Shown here one piece after another: positions 26,301 through 38,243 of a DNA stretch of 64,000 nucleotides (position 1 is the stretch's first letter; each line of letters opens with the position of its first letter). The translations under genes were made by a program, and so were the position numbers. The notes beneath the pieces were generated by a model that did not search any database, was not told where the DNA came from, and saw nothing but the letters and a program-made list of their open reading frames with translations. The DNA is taken from assembly GCA_000708835.1 (NCBI GenBank), contig DF237203.1:57812-121811 (forward strand). Direction: 5' to 3'. The DNA is from Klebsormidium nitens (Eukaryota > Plantae > Klebsormidiophyceae).

Positions 26301-27262
26301 CCACCCCGGCGCGCACCCCCAGTACGAGGACCCCGCCACAGTAAGCCAGCTGAAAGAACTAGAGGTGGCTGCCACGCCGGACGAGGCGGCGGCGCCGTCG
26401 GAGGACGTGCTGCACCAGTCGGGCCGGCGGTGGCAGATGACGCAGACCGTGCTCCCCAACGCGGCGACCGCGCAGGACGCGCTCTGGGATGACGACCCGG
26501 AGATGTCCGAGTTCCTCCGGCGACAGGTGGGCTAGACGCCCCGCTTGAGGATTGTCCGATATAGTTGGCAAGATATCCCTTTAGTGTCGTGGGTTGTGAA
26601 TTCCGCTGTACGAAATGGCTGCCAAGTTTGGTTGTTACCTAGATGCCAAACGCCCGACAACTGGGCTCAAGGTATTGGAGCCGGAGTCCAATCTCAGACG
26701 CCTGTCCACAGCGGGATGTTAAGCGTCAATGACGAGTTTGGGCGCTCCCAACGAATGGGGGCCAATCACCAGGGACAAGAACCGTGCCGATGTAGAAAGG
26801 ATAAAAGAGGAAACCGTTCCTTTGCTCCCAACATTTGCCTCTCGGTAATGTCCCTATTGAAGTGTAGGGGCTGAAAGGGTGCGGCCATTTCTAAATGTGT
26901 GCTTTGAATCGACCACATGCTGCATAAAGGTGCGAAGGGATTCCTGTTTTGAAGCCTGCCCTTGTCCTGACGGCAAGGTCGCTGTCTTATCCTTGCAGTC
27001 GATGGGTGAGGACTTTGCTCCTCTGCCTTCCTCGTCGCACACAGAGGAAGAGATGCTCATGGCAGCAATCGCTGCCTCGCTTGCGGAGTCGAGTCTCCGA
27101 GATGAATCCGGTGGGGCCCCCATTGAAAAGAAAAACGACAGAGAGGGTGTAGATCAACTGCTTGGGTCAACAGTCGAGAAACCTCTCACAAGCAAACAAG
27201 GTTCTGCAGCTTCGCCACAGAGAATAGAGGTAAAGAACGGTCTCAGCGGCAAACACACGTGA
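23393..27262 (+). CDS. Alpha/beta hydrolase (plant YqkD-like / ABHD family) with an acidic C-terminal extension
   Basis: MDQLVNFVIRPPR (23393-23430), then AQYEP..LPCVIYNHGN, ITVFAYDFSGSGLSEG, IGLWGRSMGA (nucleophile elbow), DPSIAGMVVDSPFS, FIPVLFGHARGDMFIPPHHS, GDKNIIEFEGDHNSARP (catalytic His). The last exon ends in a stop at 27260-27262. Confidence 0.9.
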
Positions 27263-28043
27263 TTGATTTGTTAACTGCCTGCATTAGAAGCAATAGAATA
27301 TGTACAGCCGCGGCTGAAGGACTTCCACCGAGAAGGTAACGAGTCTTGAAAGTGCAAGCGCAACTAACATAGCGGACTCTGATCGTGCTCAGTGAGCCTG
27401 CAAGTTGAAACGAACTTGAATGTGTCGAAGACAAGTCACGAGACAACAAGTGCCACCTTCGATTGAGCTTGAAGATACTGCCTAAGTAATGGAAGTCGAA
27501 ACAAGGATCTTCATTGGTGTCCCTATCTCCTCCCGATTCGATTCCTCGATTTGGCCTTGTTCTTATCCAAGGACGACGCTTGTCACGGCCCTGGAGGCAC
27601 GGTTGCATGTTGCTCGGTCGAAAATTACACTGGCCTTTTTGAGTACACGACGGTTTTCATGCTTTCTTGCCTGGGCTGCTCCGACGAGGCTCGCTTTCGG
27701 GGCTTGACCTCGGTTTGACGACCTCATGTGCGCGCGAGACCAGTGAGATTTCTGCAAGGCCCTGAACATTGTTGCCATTGCCAATTCTGCAATGTTGGTT
27801 AGGAGGTTGCATGGTACAGGAACCCGCCGTTGCCCTATTGCATGCTTGTGAGACTCAAGCCTCTCCCCCGAAGCTTCTGGAAAGCTTTCGTTGCACTACG
27901 AGTCTGACGGGTGACATTACGTATATGTATTTATGTTCTCATTGGAACATGTCACAACACTTGCAGCCGCATTATAGATATATGTTAAAAAGAGGATTGA
28001 GTACCGAGACCTCTTGACATTATCAATTGCGTGTTTGAAGCGA

Positions 28044-28852
28044 CACAAGCTACCTAGGGTGGGTACCGGCCGAGTCGATTCTGACTCGATTCGCGACGAT
28101 ATTGTGACTCGGCGAATCAAATTTCGTCAGTAGTACTGGCGGTTCGCGTTACGCCGAGTAACATTTGCGTAACACGAACGGTACAAGTACTTTGAATTTT
28201 CCGCTCGGCCGTGACGCAGTGTGATAGAATCGTAAGATAGTGTTATGATTTACACTTTCAAAGAAGCAACAAAATAGCGCACACAGGTGAGGCTTATGCA
28301 GCATGTAGGATCCTTTGACAAGCATAAAAAGATGTTGTGAGAGCGTCACTAGGTGTTGTTTGAAGCCCCAAGTGTTTGTTTTGTTGAGGACAAATCTGAA
28401 GAAAGAGCATACGAGGCGCAAAGTTGGCCGCCATTGTTGGTTTTCAAAAAGCGCCTTCTGTTACACTTCTCTTTCGAGTCTCTGCACTTCTCTTTCAGCC
28501 TAGGTACCGCGGTACTCTTCCGTGGTCCAAGTCGGAACTCCCGACCGAGACCATAAAATTTGAATTCTCGGGACCCGCAGACTCGATCCACGCGCGACGG
28601 TACCGTACCACCGAATTTTACGCATGTGTCAGTCGGCCGACGTGTCAGAAAAATTCCAATTCATGAACTCCGACCGGATTCTCAAGTACCGCCGAGTACA
28701 TTCGTAAGTACCGCGTACAAAATTCGTCGCGACGCGTGACACCGGTGAATCAAATTCGTGACTCAATCGTCGCGCGATCGATACCGTCGATACCCACCCT
28801 AGGTTATATAATATTGTTATATCATTGATATTGTTATTATTGGTTGCTTGTG
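28044..28852. mobile_element. Non-autonomous DNA transposon (MITE, CMC/EnSpm-like), copy 1; right TIR interrupted
   Basis: Begins CACAAGCTACCTAGGGTGGGTA and ends TACCCACCCTAGGT[AT-rich insert]GGTTGCTTGTG. Flanked by GA on both sides (2-bp TSD). Homologous along its whole length to the reverse complement of 44363-45121. No transposase ORF. Confidence 0.85.
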
Positions 28853-29341
28853 GACGAGAGGAGTCTATATATATTACACAATCTACCTATTCTACCGTAC
28901 TGGCCAACCCCATTCGCACAACCCCCTTACGAATAATTATTTTTTCGACTTTTTGATTTCGCACCGGGCGTTTGACAGTTTTCAGGTTTTCGCAGCGGGG
29001 GCGTTATATGTGCTAAAAAGGCCATTCCCCAGCCAATCTGGCGGAGAATCTGTTTCACCGAATTACTTTCTAGTTTCGCGAGTTCGCACCAGGCCTTCGA
29101 GAATATCCGAATTTATCCGCACTGGGCTGAATATAAATATTTTTGGTGCGAATGGGGTTGGCCAGTACGGTAGTAGTATCCTTGAACGACATTCGTTCGG
29201 AGCGTGGCCTCAGTGCTAGCTCTTCAATGAAGTAGGTATAAACCCTGCCAAGCGGAGGCCAAGCCTGAAGCAAACCATGACTGTCCGGGCGAGCTTGAGT
29301 AGGCCGCCCGGCCAGCCGGTCAATGATGCCAACTCATGAGT

Positions 29342-29395
29342 GTGCCAGCTCACGTGCGTGCCAACGCACTGCGCGGCACGCACGTGAGCTGACAC
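29342..29395. repeat. Inverted repeat / hairpin: 21-nt arms (1 mismatch), 12-nt loop, a CACGTG in each arm
   Basis: GTGCCAGCTCACGTGCGTGCC (29342-29362), loop AACGCACTGCGC, GGCACGCACGTGAGCTGACAC (29375-29395). The inner 17 bp are perfectly complementary. Confidence 0.9.
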
Positions 29396-29853
29396 CGACG
29401 AGCGTGTAGCCGGCTTGAGGCCAACTCAATATCTTTGTTGACGTCACAAGAAGCGACTTTGGGCCGTGGATGGAGTCCCATCGATGGTTCAAGATTTTCG
29501 AGCCAAGTCAGCACATGTGCTTTGGAAGTCGGACCAATCAGAAACTGGGATTTCATGTCGATCCGAACACAGTGGTGCTTCGTGCCATGCTGGTGCACGC
29601 TTTGGAGATGGAGAAGCCTCAGAAGGGGATCACGGCATTGCGATCCACAGCTCAGCTGCTGCTCGAGGAACTCGAGGAAGTCGCCGTTTTGACAAACGCA
29701 GAACACAATTGGAAAGCTGAAGCTCTGACCCACCTCATCTTTCCTAGCATTTGCGCTTGACCTTTCCATTGTGTTCGCATTCTCTCATCTGCGACATTTG
29801 TTTGCAAAAAGCTGATCTTCCAGCTGCAAGGACCGTTGATACTACCCACAATC

Positions 29854-30130
29854 ATGGCTCCTCGATTTGACCGGCTGCCCTCCTTTGAGGCGGCGCAGAT
29901 TATCTACGTCCATGAGGACGCCGTCTGCGATTTGGAGCTGCCTGCATCGCCAATGTGGTGAGCAGCGCATTCACCTCTGTCTTGCCACATTCAACACGAG
30001 TCTTTGTGCCAGGTTTGGCTTACATTTGGTCTAAATATGAATGTGCCATTCGAAACCTTCTTGCATAGTCTAAGTCAGGGGCACTTGAAATGCTGCGCTT
30101 TCTCTTCTTTGTTTCTTATGTAGCTGCTGA
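29854..30130 (+). CDS. Candidate 36-aa small protein / uORF MAPRFDRLPSFEAAQIIYVHEDAVCDLELPASPMCC*
   Basis: Acceptor GCTGATCTTCCAG at 29823, ATG in strong context (aatcATGg) at 29854, donor TG|GTGAGC at 29958, pyrimidine-rich acceptor ..ATGTAG at 30123, TGA at 30128-30130. No family recognised. Confidence 0.45.
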
Positions 30131-31149
30131 GCTAGCTGATGGAGCTGACTACTTGGCCAGCACTGCCAGGCTGATAAACATGCCATGTTGTGTCAATGCC
30201 AGGGTGGACCTTCGGGGGCTGTGCCACACATCGCTGTTTGATGCCGCTGAAGATACAGCAGAGAAGGCCCAGCCATCGGCAGAGCAAACAACCAAGGCGG
30301 AGAGGGGTGAGGACTGAGAACACTGTGAAAGTGCAACAGATTGGCTCTGAAAACCAGATCACTTGTTTCAAGAACAGAGGTTCTTTTGGGAAGGTCTTGA
30401 TATTCTTAGAACCACTACTGCAGATGGTCATTACATTCTTGGTTGGCGGGATAGGTTAGGTGGTTTGTGCTTCAAGAGAGTCGCCACTGTATTTGCCCCC
30501 ACAAGACATGTCGATGTGCCAGACGAATGAAAAGTCCCTTTGAGCATCTCTGTCTGCTTTGCTATTAGACTGTTGCGTCAGGAAGTCCTGATTCTGGAAA
30601 AGCAAGTCGTGATTAGAAGTTTAATCTCCCCAATTTGTGCCCCTTGCTGACCAGCAACGTAACTACTCATTATCTTCTCTTTGGTTCAGAAGCTCTGCTG
30701 CACCATCTGGGAGGGCAGCGGATGGGGGGCGAATTTGAGAGGAAACCCAAGGTAAGGTACAGTTCTGCTGCACATTGACCCGGCCTCAGCACTGCATATC
30801 ACGTGTCCTTTTCAATTCTTTAGAATGTGGATTAGTAAGGAGGATTCAAGGAAGCTAGCTCCATTCTTTCAAATTGAGGGTCCTGCACAGATCCTACTTT
30901 CGTATCATGTGAGACGAAATGATTTGGTATGCTTTTCAAGAAGAGGTGCATCCTGGTTCTATGTAGGAGAAGTCGATCTGCGTGTTCATTCTGCATTGCA
31001 AGCCCGAATTGAGTGGTTTTCATGGTTGCAAATTGCATCAAATTAGGCCAATAAGGTGTGCTTTATTTGGAGAAAGGACCAGTTGGGAGGACATGAAGTG
31101 CACGTCTTAGAAGGATGATATCACTGCGTATGGTGCAGGCCAGTCGTGA
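30124..31149 (+). CDS. Candidate second ORF in the +1 frame of the same spliced transcript (ELADGADYLASTARLINMPCC..AEREALLHHLGG..RKPKDDITAYGAGQS*)
   Basis: The frame stays open through exons 30124-30306 (donor GTGAGG), 30690-30751 (donor GTAAGG) and a tentative exon from ~31114 to TGA 31149. In-frame ATGs at 29912 and 30180. No homology recognised. Confidence 0.3.
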
Positions 31150-32786
31150 GCAGCCCCTGCGGTGCAACATGATGCCGCGGCGTGTGCACCATAACTTGCA
31201 GCAGCCCAGAGCAGTGTATTAAACGCCCCCCAACCAAGCATCTGAATGGGACGCGCCCATACATCACCAGATGTGCAAGGTCAGGTGTCAGGGAGGCGCC
31301 CCTTGTGTTTACTTTAATCGAGTAGTCAAGCATAGCTGTTGGTCCAGAACAGCTAGTACTAAGTTGTAAGACATGCAAGAGTCAAGCATGGAAGGTCAAT
31401 GTACATACACAAGGGTTCACTTGCACTAACCACGGAAGACAGGGTTTTACGTCCAGTTTGTAAAGTATATAACGATTGGAAGTTTTCAGACTGAAGTTGG
31501 ACACGTTTTGGGCAATCTCACTTGGTGTACACTTGGAGATACCAGTCGAGTGCAGGTGCAGGCCTGTCACGAGTCTATGAACAGAGGTCGAAGACAGTGC
31601 ACTAATTGATGCGCACCCAATGTGCAACGATGTATTATCTCTGAAGGGCTCTCGTTGGGGGCCTCAAAAGTGCACAAAAGCTTCGCAGCCACAAGTTTCG
31701 TACTCAAAACGAGATATGCCACCCAACCTGCCGGGCCGCAGCCTGAAAGAGACACCCTTAATTGTCCAAATTATTAAGATGGAGCTTTGGAGTGTGAGTC
31801 TTCGTTGAGGGATGAAGCTCTGCCGAGTACAGAGGCGGCCCTGATAGTACGTTTGATGATTGTGAACGGTACGAGCGCAGTTTAGCGGCAGTGCATGGGC
31901 TTTTACTGTACGTTATGGCGGTAAACTGCCTCCTGCAGATGCCGCAGTGCTTGCAGCCCGTCTGGACTGGCATAAAGACACTCGTTCTGATGCGGCTTGC
32001 GATCATCCCGGAGGTCGCACGTTTGAATGACAATGCTACGAAGCCGACTGGCCGGCCAGATGGTTGCCTTCTGCTGGGGTTGACTCCGAAGTGATAAGCA
32101 TCCAACATGCTTTCTATTTACAGGTATAGCGCCCGCACATGACCTGGCAGCTTCACTTAGGTGTTAAGCGACCATCCATGAACGCATTCCGGACATTGAA
32201 AGAAACCAACCCTTCTATGGAATTTGCAGAATCTGCGGGCCCTCAGTCTCAGATGGTGATCGCAAGCAGTGGTCAAGGATCACAGGCATCACAGGATTGT
32301 GCCGCCGCTACAAAGCTGAACAGTCACTGCAAGTCACGAGTTGTATTGAATGCAGTTCCCCCTGTACCTAAAAGAGTCTGATGCAGATCGTATTGGTTGT
32401 GAGGGCACACATCCAAGCCCTCCCAAAAACACAATTGAGGAGTCTGCTCAAATCTAAGAGCGGTCACTCACCGTTTAAGCAATCTACTTCTAACCTGGCG
32501 CTTGCGCGCGCTGCACGTGGTTCGACTCTACCTACATAGGCCAATGAGCCCTTCCAGTTTCAGCATAATATGTCGACAGCATAATATGTCGTCAACTCGA
32601 AACGACAGGCCTGCCTTGTTGGCCACAGCTATTAGCATAGCCTTGACACTTCTGATTTGGACATTCTCCTCTACCTCCTTGATCTGTATTTGCGTTGCCC
32701 GTCCTAAACCGATCGTCCTACTGTAAGTCCTCCTTCCTACCAATGTTACCTATCAACTCGTTGCTTCGTCAGGTCTCGCCTGGCGG

Positions 32787-35700
32787 CTACCGTTTGCTTA
32801 ACTCGTGCTCAGGACACCGGAACTGGGACCCCGCCCGAACCGACACATCCGCTAGATTCTCGCGCAGCCCCACCATCTGACGGCCACAAATCGTGCAGAA
32901 TGTTCCTGGACCATGGATGGATCCCCCTGTCCTTTCACCATCGGTAGGGTCTGGTTGAATGAGGTCCTGATCTTGCAACACGTTTGGAAAATCAAGTATG
33001 GGTGACACAGACAGGTTGGGGGAACTTCCCAACTGCACTAACGAGCCGCTACTGGCGTTTCCCAGGCTGCGCTTCTTTACAAAACCGAGGAAACTCCGGG
33101 ACTTAGGCATCCTAGGGACGGGCCCTTGCGTGTCGCTGTTGTTAGCGTCTGGAGGGAACAGGTCAACGACAAGACAGGTAATGTCGTCCCGCAGGCCCTT
33201 TGACTCGATCGCTTTCTGCACGAGAAGGCCGGAAGCATCCGTCAGATGGCAAGCACGTCTTGCAGGAGCGGCACCTGCCCTACATTAGAACGTGGTCGCC
33301 ATATAGATCGCCATTAGAACAGAGATAGAACCCGTTGTTACACGCGACGACCGAAGAACGCAGTCGCCGTCAGATGATAGCTATTTAAGAACGCACAGAT
33401 TGGATGATTGCCGCCCCACCCCAGTACTTTTCCGCACCACAAAGCGAAGTAAGAACTCAAACTTGTCCTCAGCATGCTGGCCTCAAAAGTGTTTGAAGCT
33501 GCATACAGAGCGGGAGCTTGCTTTGTTTCTATTCAACAGCCTCCCCCACTCACTTTGACCAGATGTCTTGCTGCTTCTTGCGCCGGCTTGCCACGACATG
33601 TTTGAGCTGCTTTGTCGTTACCAATCGCATCCCATAGCCCATCTGACGCAATGATTATCCGTCCTGAGAGCGAGAGAAGCGGTGTAAGGCACCACTAAAC
33701 AGGCTAGCAAAGAAGCATATCGCATTTTGGACAACTGGCAACTTCTAGATCCTATGGGAGTTCGATTCCGAGTGGCTTGCGGCGACGCGCAAAAAATGAA
33801 CTCGTCACAGCTCTCTTTATGAAATTGGCACTTTCAGCGTTCCAAAGGTGACATCTTGGGAGCTTGGCTGCAGGGCGGACAAGTTCGATGACGTGCACTT
33901 TTACCACACTGGATCCAAGGGTGCTCCTCCCAACAAAACCGAATATCTGTGACCGCTCACTGTGAAAGACACTCTGCTGCAAGTTTCTTTCTGGAAACAA
34001 GCAAAGATGCTGTCACCGAAGGCATCAGTCTTCGATGGAGTCATAAGCTTCTTATATTACCCCTGCAATCGGAGCCATCGTCAAGGGCTGCCGCTGTACC
34101 AGAAGGCTTCCGCTGGTTGCTCAACATTTTTAGTATTCCTATGCACGAGGCATTGCTCTTCTGAAGGGTTATCTCGGACCATACGGGAATATCGTTGATC
34201 AAGGAAACTCATTGCAACTGCCTGCAGACGCAGGTGTGAGAAGCTGTGCAGCTCACCCCCGCAGCGCGGAACCTCCACCTGGCGCACATGCGGGACGGCA
34301 ATAATGGACGGCCCCACGTCCCTGTCGCCAATGGAGCGTGTCACGCACAGCCCCCCCGGCCAGCACCGCAGTGGGCCCACCTGGATGCCGTCGCGGGTTC
34401 TCAGCCGGCCCACACTGCACCCCTCCGATTCGACGCGCTTCACCCTGGGGGGGACACAAGCAGCCAGGTAAGTTGCAGAACAGACTTACAGCTAGGGTCG
34501 CTTTAATTTGTCAAGACCTGCAATTTGTGTAAGCACTACTGGCCTCTCTGACCAGTAGAATCCAAGACCGCTAACATCCAGGAACGTACCCGGGGAGCAC
34601 TTAGTAGAGCTGTCGAGAGGATCATCTATCCTCTCTGAAACTTTCGGGGTCCATCTCAGCAATAAGGGTCGCTCACTCCTCGATGGACGTCTCCAGGCGG
34701 TGGTCAACTGTCAGCGGCACGATGCCGCCATTTTGAGAATCCAGGATCGCCCGCGAGTCCCCAACCCCGCCCACAGTGACGGTCCACCCGTCAATTACCA
34801 CCACAGTGGCAGTGGTTCCAGAGGCCTCGCCTGTGATAGGGCACCAGTAAACAGTTCACTGGCAAAGCAGGAAGGTTGCCTTGGCCAAGGTGACATGACT
34901 ACAGAAGTTTGGTCGGCTGGGGGGTAAAGTGTTTGACAAACAATTAGGGCGGCTGCAGAAGAAATGTAACCAGTTTGAAAAGCCTTTTGCAAAGCTTGGC
35001 CTTGTCTTCAGCATGATGAGTTGGAAGCATCCGTCACAGTCTTCAAATGAATGTGTCAAGTGATCAAGCGCCATTTGAAATAATGGCACATTACCAAGCA
35101 AACCAGGAAAGTGACATGACCAGTTACCCCCCATGGTCGTGACTCACCTTGCGGTAGGCTAGCATCACACTGTTCAAACGCCTGGGCCATGGCGCGTGGC
35201 AGCTGGTTCAAAAAGTCTGCCTGAGTGGCGCCTCCAGGACAGTGTTGTTGCACCATCTCCAGCAGCCGCTCACGCGCCAGCTCAGCAGCGCCCAGCCCAT
35301 TATGGCCATCAAACAACTAGTGGAGGGCAAGATAAAAGTAAGTTAGGAGTGGGGGAAGGAGAGTGGCTTCTTTTGGAAATGAGCGATAAGACCTTGATGA
35401 AACACGTTGATACATCTCTGACAATGTACGGACAGAAAAGGCAGGTCACTAGGCCCACATTGCATTCACCAGTGGTGGTCATTGACAGAGTCTTTCAAGG
35501 CCACTCTCCTATACACTTTGTATCTCTCCCCAAGCAAAGCGTATGCTGCTGGTGGCAGCATTGCTACCAATGCTGCCATTGAAGTAGTCCTGACTGCCAG
35601 GACGCATTTCCGGACGTTCCCCAGCGCCACTCAGCAGTGGTTGGACAGGACTTACACAGAAGCAGCTGACGTCCCTGCCGCCCAGCTTGAACGCTTCCTC

Positions 35701-35886
35701 CACAAGCACCAAGTCCTCCCCTTTCTTCACTTGCTTGCACTCCCCATGCCGCAGCACGGGCCTTAATGCTTCCTCCTCAAGGTCTAAGGCAGCCATCCCG
35801 CCCTCCTCAGAGTCACCATCACCGTCAGAAAACTCATCTGAAGCATCTCTGTAAGAATGCAGGGGGGGGCTCCAAACTTCGGCCAT
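32787..35886 (-). CDS. Protein phosphatase 2C (plant At1g68410/At1g09160-like clade) with a C-terminal Cys/His motif
   Basis: ATG at 35886. KKGED, FDGHNG, SGTTATVVIIDGWTVTVGGVGDSRAILD, VDHRLE, VGPLRCWPGGLCVTRSIGD, SDGLWD, GLRDDITCLVVD. C-terminal CTIC..RCPEH; stop at 32787-32789. Confidence 0.93.
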
Positions 35887-36378
35887 GGAGGGGGGCACCA
35901 AACATCAGCACCCAAGCCCCACCACTGCCTAAACAGCTCCTAACAGGCAGTCCGGAGCAGCTGCATTGTAATCTGTATAGGTAGAAAGCTTGCGAGTCGC
36001 AGTATACCTAGTGCTGCCCTGGAAGAGCAAGGTGGTAAATCGTGCTGACGTTGGACAATGGGGCACAGCATTGAAGTTTAGCGAGGTCCCATGGGCATAT
36101 GCCAAGCCGCCTTCGAGGCAAGCTGACAGTGAGAGATTCCTGCCTTATATGCACTGCTCCTTGGCTTATGCAGTCATTGTGCACCGCCAGTCTGCACTTT
36201 TATATACAGATTGTGTGAACGATGTTGACATGGATTTCAGATACCTATATAAGCGCCTGCTTTCGGCGCCTAATCACCTTGCCCTTATGCCCTTTTGCCA
36301 GGGCGATCAGTTTCTGTCGCTGTGCAGCACAGCTGATCAAGATTCAAGGCCGGACGCAAGCTTCCGTCTGTTTGCCCA

Positions 36379-38243
36379 ATGGGGGCCCTTGCCGAAAGCA
36401 TCAAAGGCATCAGAGGGGGCATCAGAGGGGAGCTTGCTGTCACCAGTTGCAACATAAGCTCTGCCACCACTCCAAGGAAGCATGGGCCGCCACCTGTCTC
36501 CTTCCACCGAGCGCCTTTCCAACCGAGCCTTCAAAAAGGTTCAATGCAGTGCCTAGACCTGTTTCCAATAAATTCAGGCTTGCTGCTGAGGCCAATCAGG
36601 AAGCAAGGCAGGACATGTCCTCGAAGCATTACACGGTGCCTTCTGCAATGTGGTAGTGGTGGAGCAATGCTGCCCAAGTTTGGCCCCCGCCAGCATGCAG
36701 ACCGCTCAGTTTGTCAACGTACATGGTGCCACTTGGAAAAGTTAGAGTTGAGAAAGAATCTAGTCGGGTGCTGGCGCCATCATTGTGAAGCGGCGCCTTT
36801 AAGCACTGTCAGGAAGTCAGCATTCCAGGCAGGGTCAAAACTTTGTAATGCAGGTCAGTCTGCAACTTCAGTATCACAAAACAAAAGCAGTGCCGCACCT
36901 CCTGGGCAAGGTAGTCATACACCGAGGGGCGCTCAGCAGGCAGACCGGAGGGCCAAGGTGCATTCGCAGAAAGCGCTTGCTTTTCTTCTAGGAGCTGTTT
37001 GCTTCAGCTCACCTTGCAATGCACAAGGCCTTGATGCCACCACCGCCCTCTACGCTGCAACCACCACCTCTATCGTCGACAAGAATGGGCCTTCCCTGCA
37101 AATAGTGTCTAGAGCTGAGCAATCATTGAATAAGGTGACAGCGTCAGCGCGAGCTTATGACCCCGTAGACACACGGGACAGGGCTGCAGCTGCGGCTTTT
37201 GAGAGCCGGGCGTCAAACGCTGTCAACTTATTGAGCGATGCACGGCAAGCAGCAGATGCTGGGAGGTGGTCAGAAGCATTGCAGACGTACTCCAAGGTAG
37301 GCAGTCATACCACCGCCGCATCTGCTCCTCTAAATCCAAAATGTTCCAGTCCATCATCGTCAAACGTTCCGCTTGTCACTTATCGCTGGCCATGGCCTGC
37401 AAGCGAAGTCTCTTTGTGCCAACTCGAGAAGAGTCAATTCGTAAGCCACTCTTTACATTCATTTGCTGTACAAGTATAAAGCTTTTCCTATATTCAGCAA
37501 CCAGATACGTTTCACAAAATCATGTGGCATTCAGTTCGACCTGGCCCTCTTGCAGATCGTTGCTGAGTACAGCGACCTGGCATTGGCAGCTTATGCTCGA
37601 GTTGGCAGGGCTCTAGCCCTTTACGAGGTGAGAGTGAATATGAGGTTTGCGCGCTCACGGTTCACAGTCATGCCAATCGACGTATGAGGCAGTCTGAATG
37701 GAGGCCAATTAACATTCGACGCCACTGAAAGCCGCTCGTTATTGATTGGATGCAGGTCGGAGACAAAGGAGAAGCGATTCTGGAATTGCAGGATATGAGC
37801 CTCGAGTTGAAAGGATCTCCTGGTGAGGGTTTGTAAGACGTTGACTGCATCCTCTTCATGAAAATATCTCTTGGCATGCTTTCTGGTGAGCTTAAAGCGG
37901 ATCCGTTCACTATCTCGACTGTGTTTGTACAGCCCGCTCCCGTCTTCAAGCACGGACAAAACGCTGTACTCCAAATTGCTCCCCTTTCTTTCACAATTCT
38001 GCTGAGCAAGACCTCAAAACTCTTACCTTGTCTGACACGTTTCTTTCTTCACTGGCAGAAGTACATGCAGCACTAGCTGCAACGTTATACCATGACAAGA
38101 AGCAATTCGCTCAGGCTGAAAACCAGTTTGCAGCAGCCACTATCCTGGACCCAAGGTACAACGATCTTGAGTGGGTGCAAAAACAGAAGGTCTGGCCTCC
38201 ATCCCTGGTGCAAGCCCTGTCTTCTTTCTTGCTCCTGAATTGA
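36379..38243 (+). CDS. Plastid (probably thylakoid) TPR-like protein, At1g78915-like
   Basis: Long transit-peptide-like first exon with a hydrophobic AxA-type segment (GAVCFSSPCNAQ). Spliced exons give IVAEYSDLALAAYARVGRALALYE / VGDKGEAILELQDMSLELKGSP / EVHAALAATLY..AENQFAAATILDPRYNDL..WPPSL. The true start codon is uncertain (36379, 36544 or 36667). Confidence 0.8.

Noticed and set aside
31854-31990. Possible C/D snoRNA (TGATGA ... CTGA)
   Set aside because: No terminal stem and no rRNA-complementary guide that I could identify; such boxes are frequent by chance.
31758-32108. 116-aa minus ORF with CKHCGIC
   Set aside because: It lies downstream of the PP2C stop, has no ATG start or coherent metal-binding spacing, and no family was recognised.
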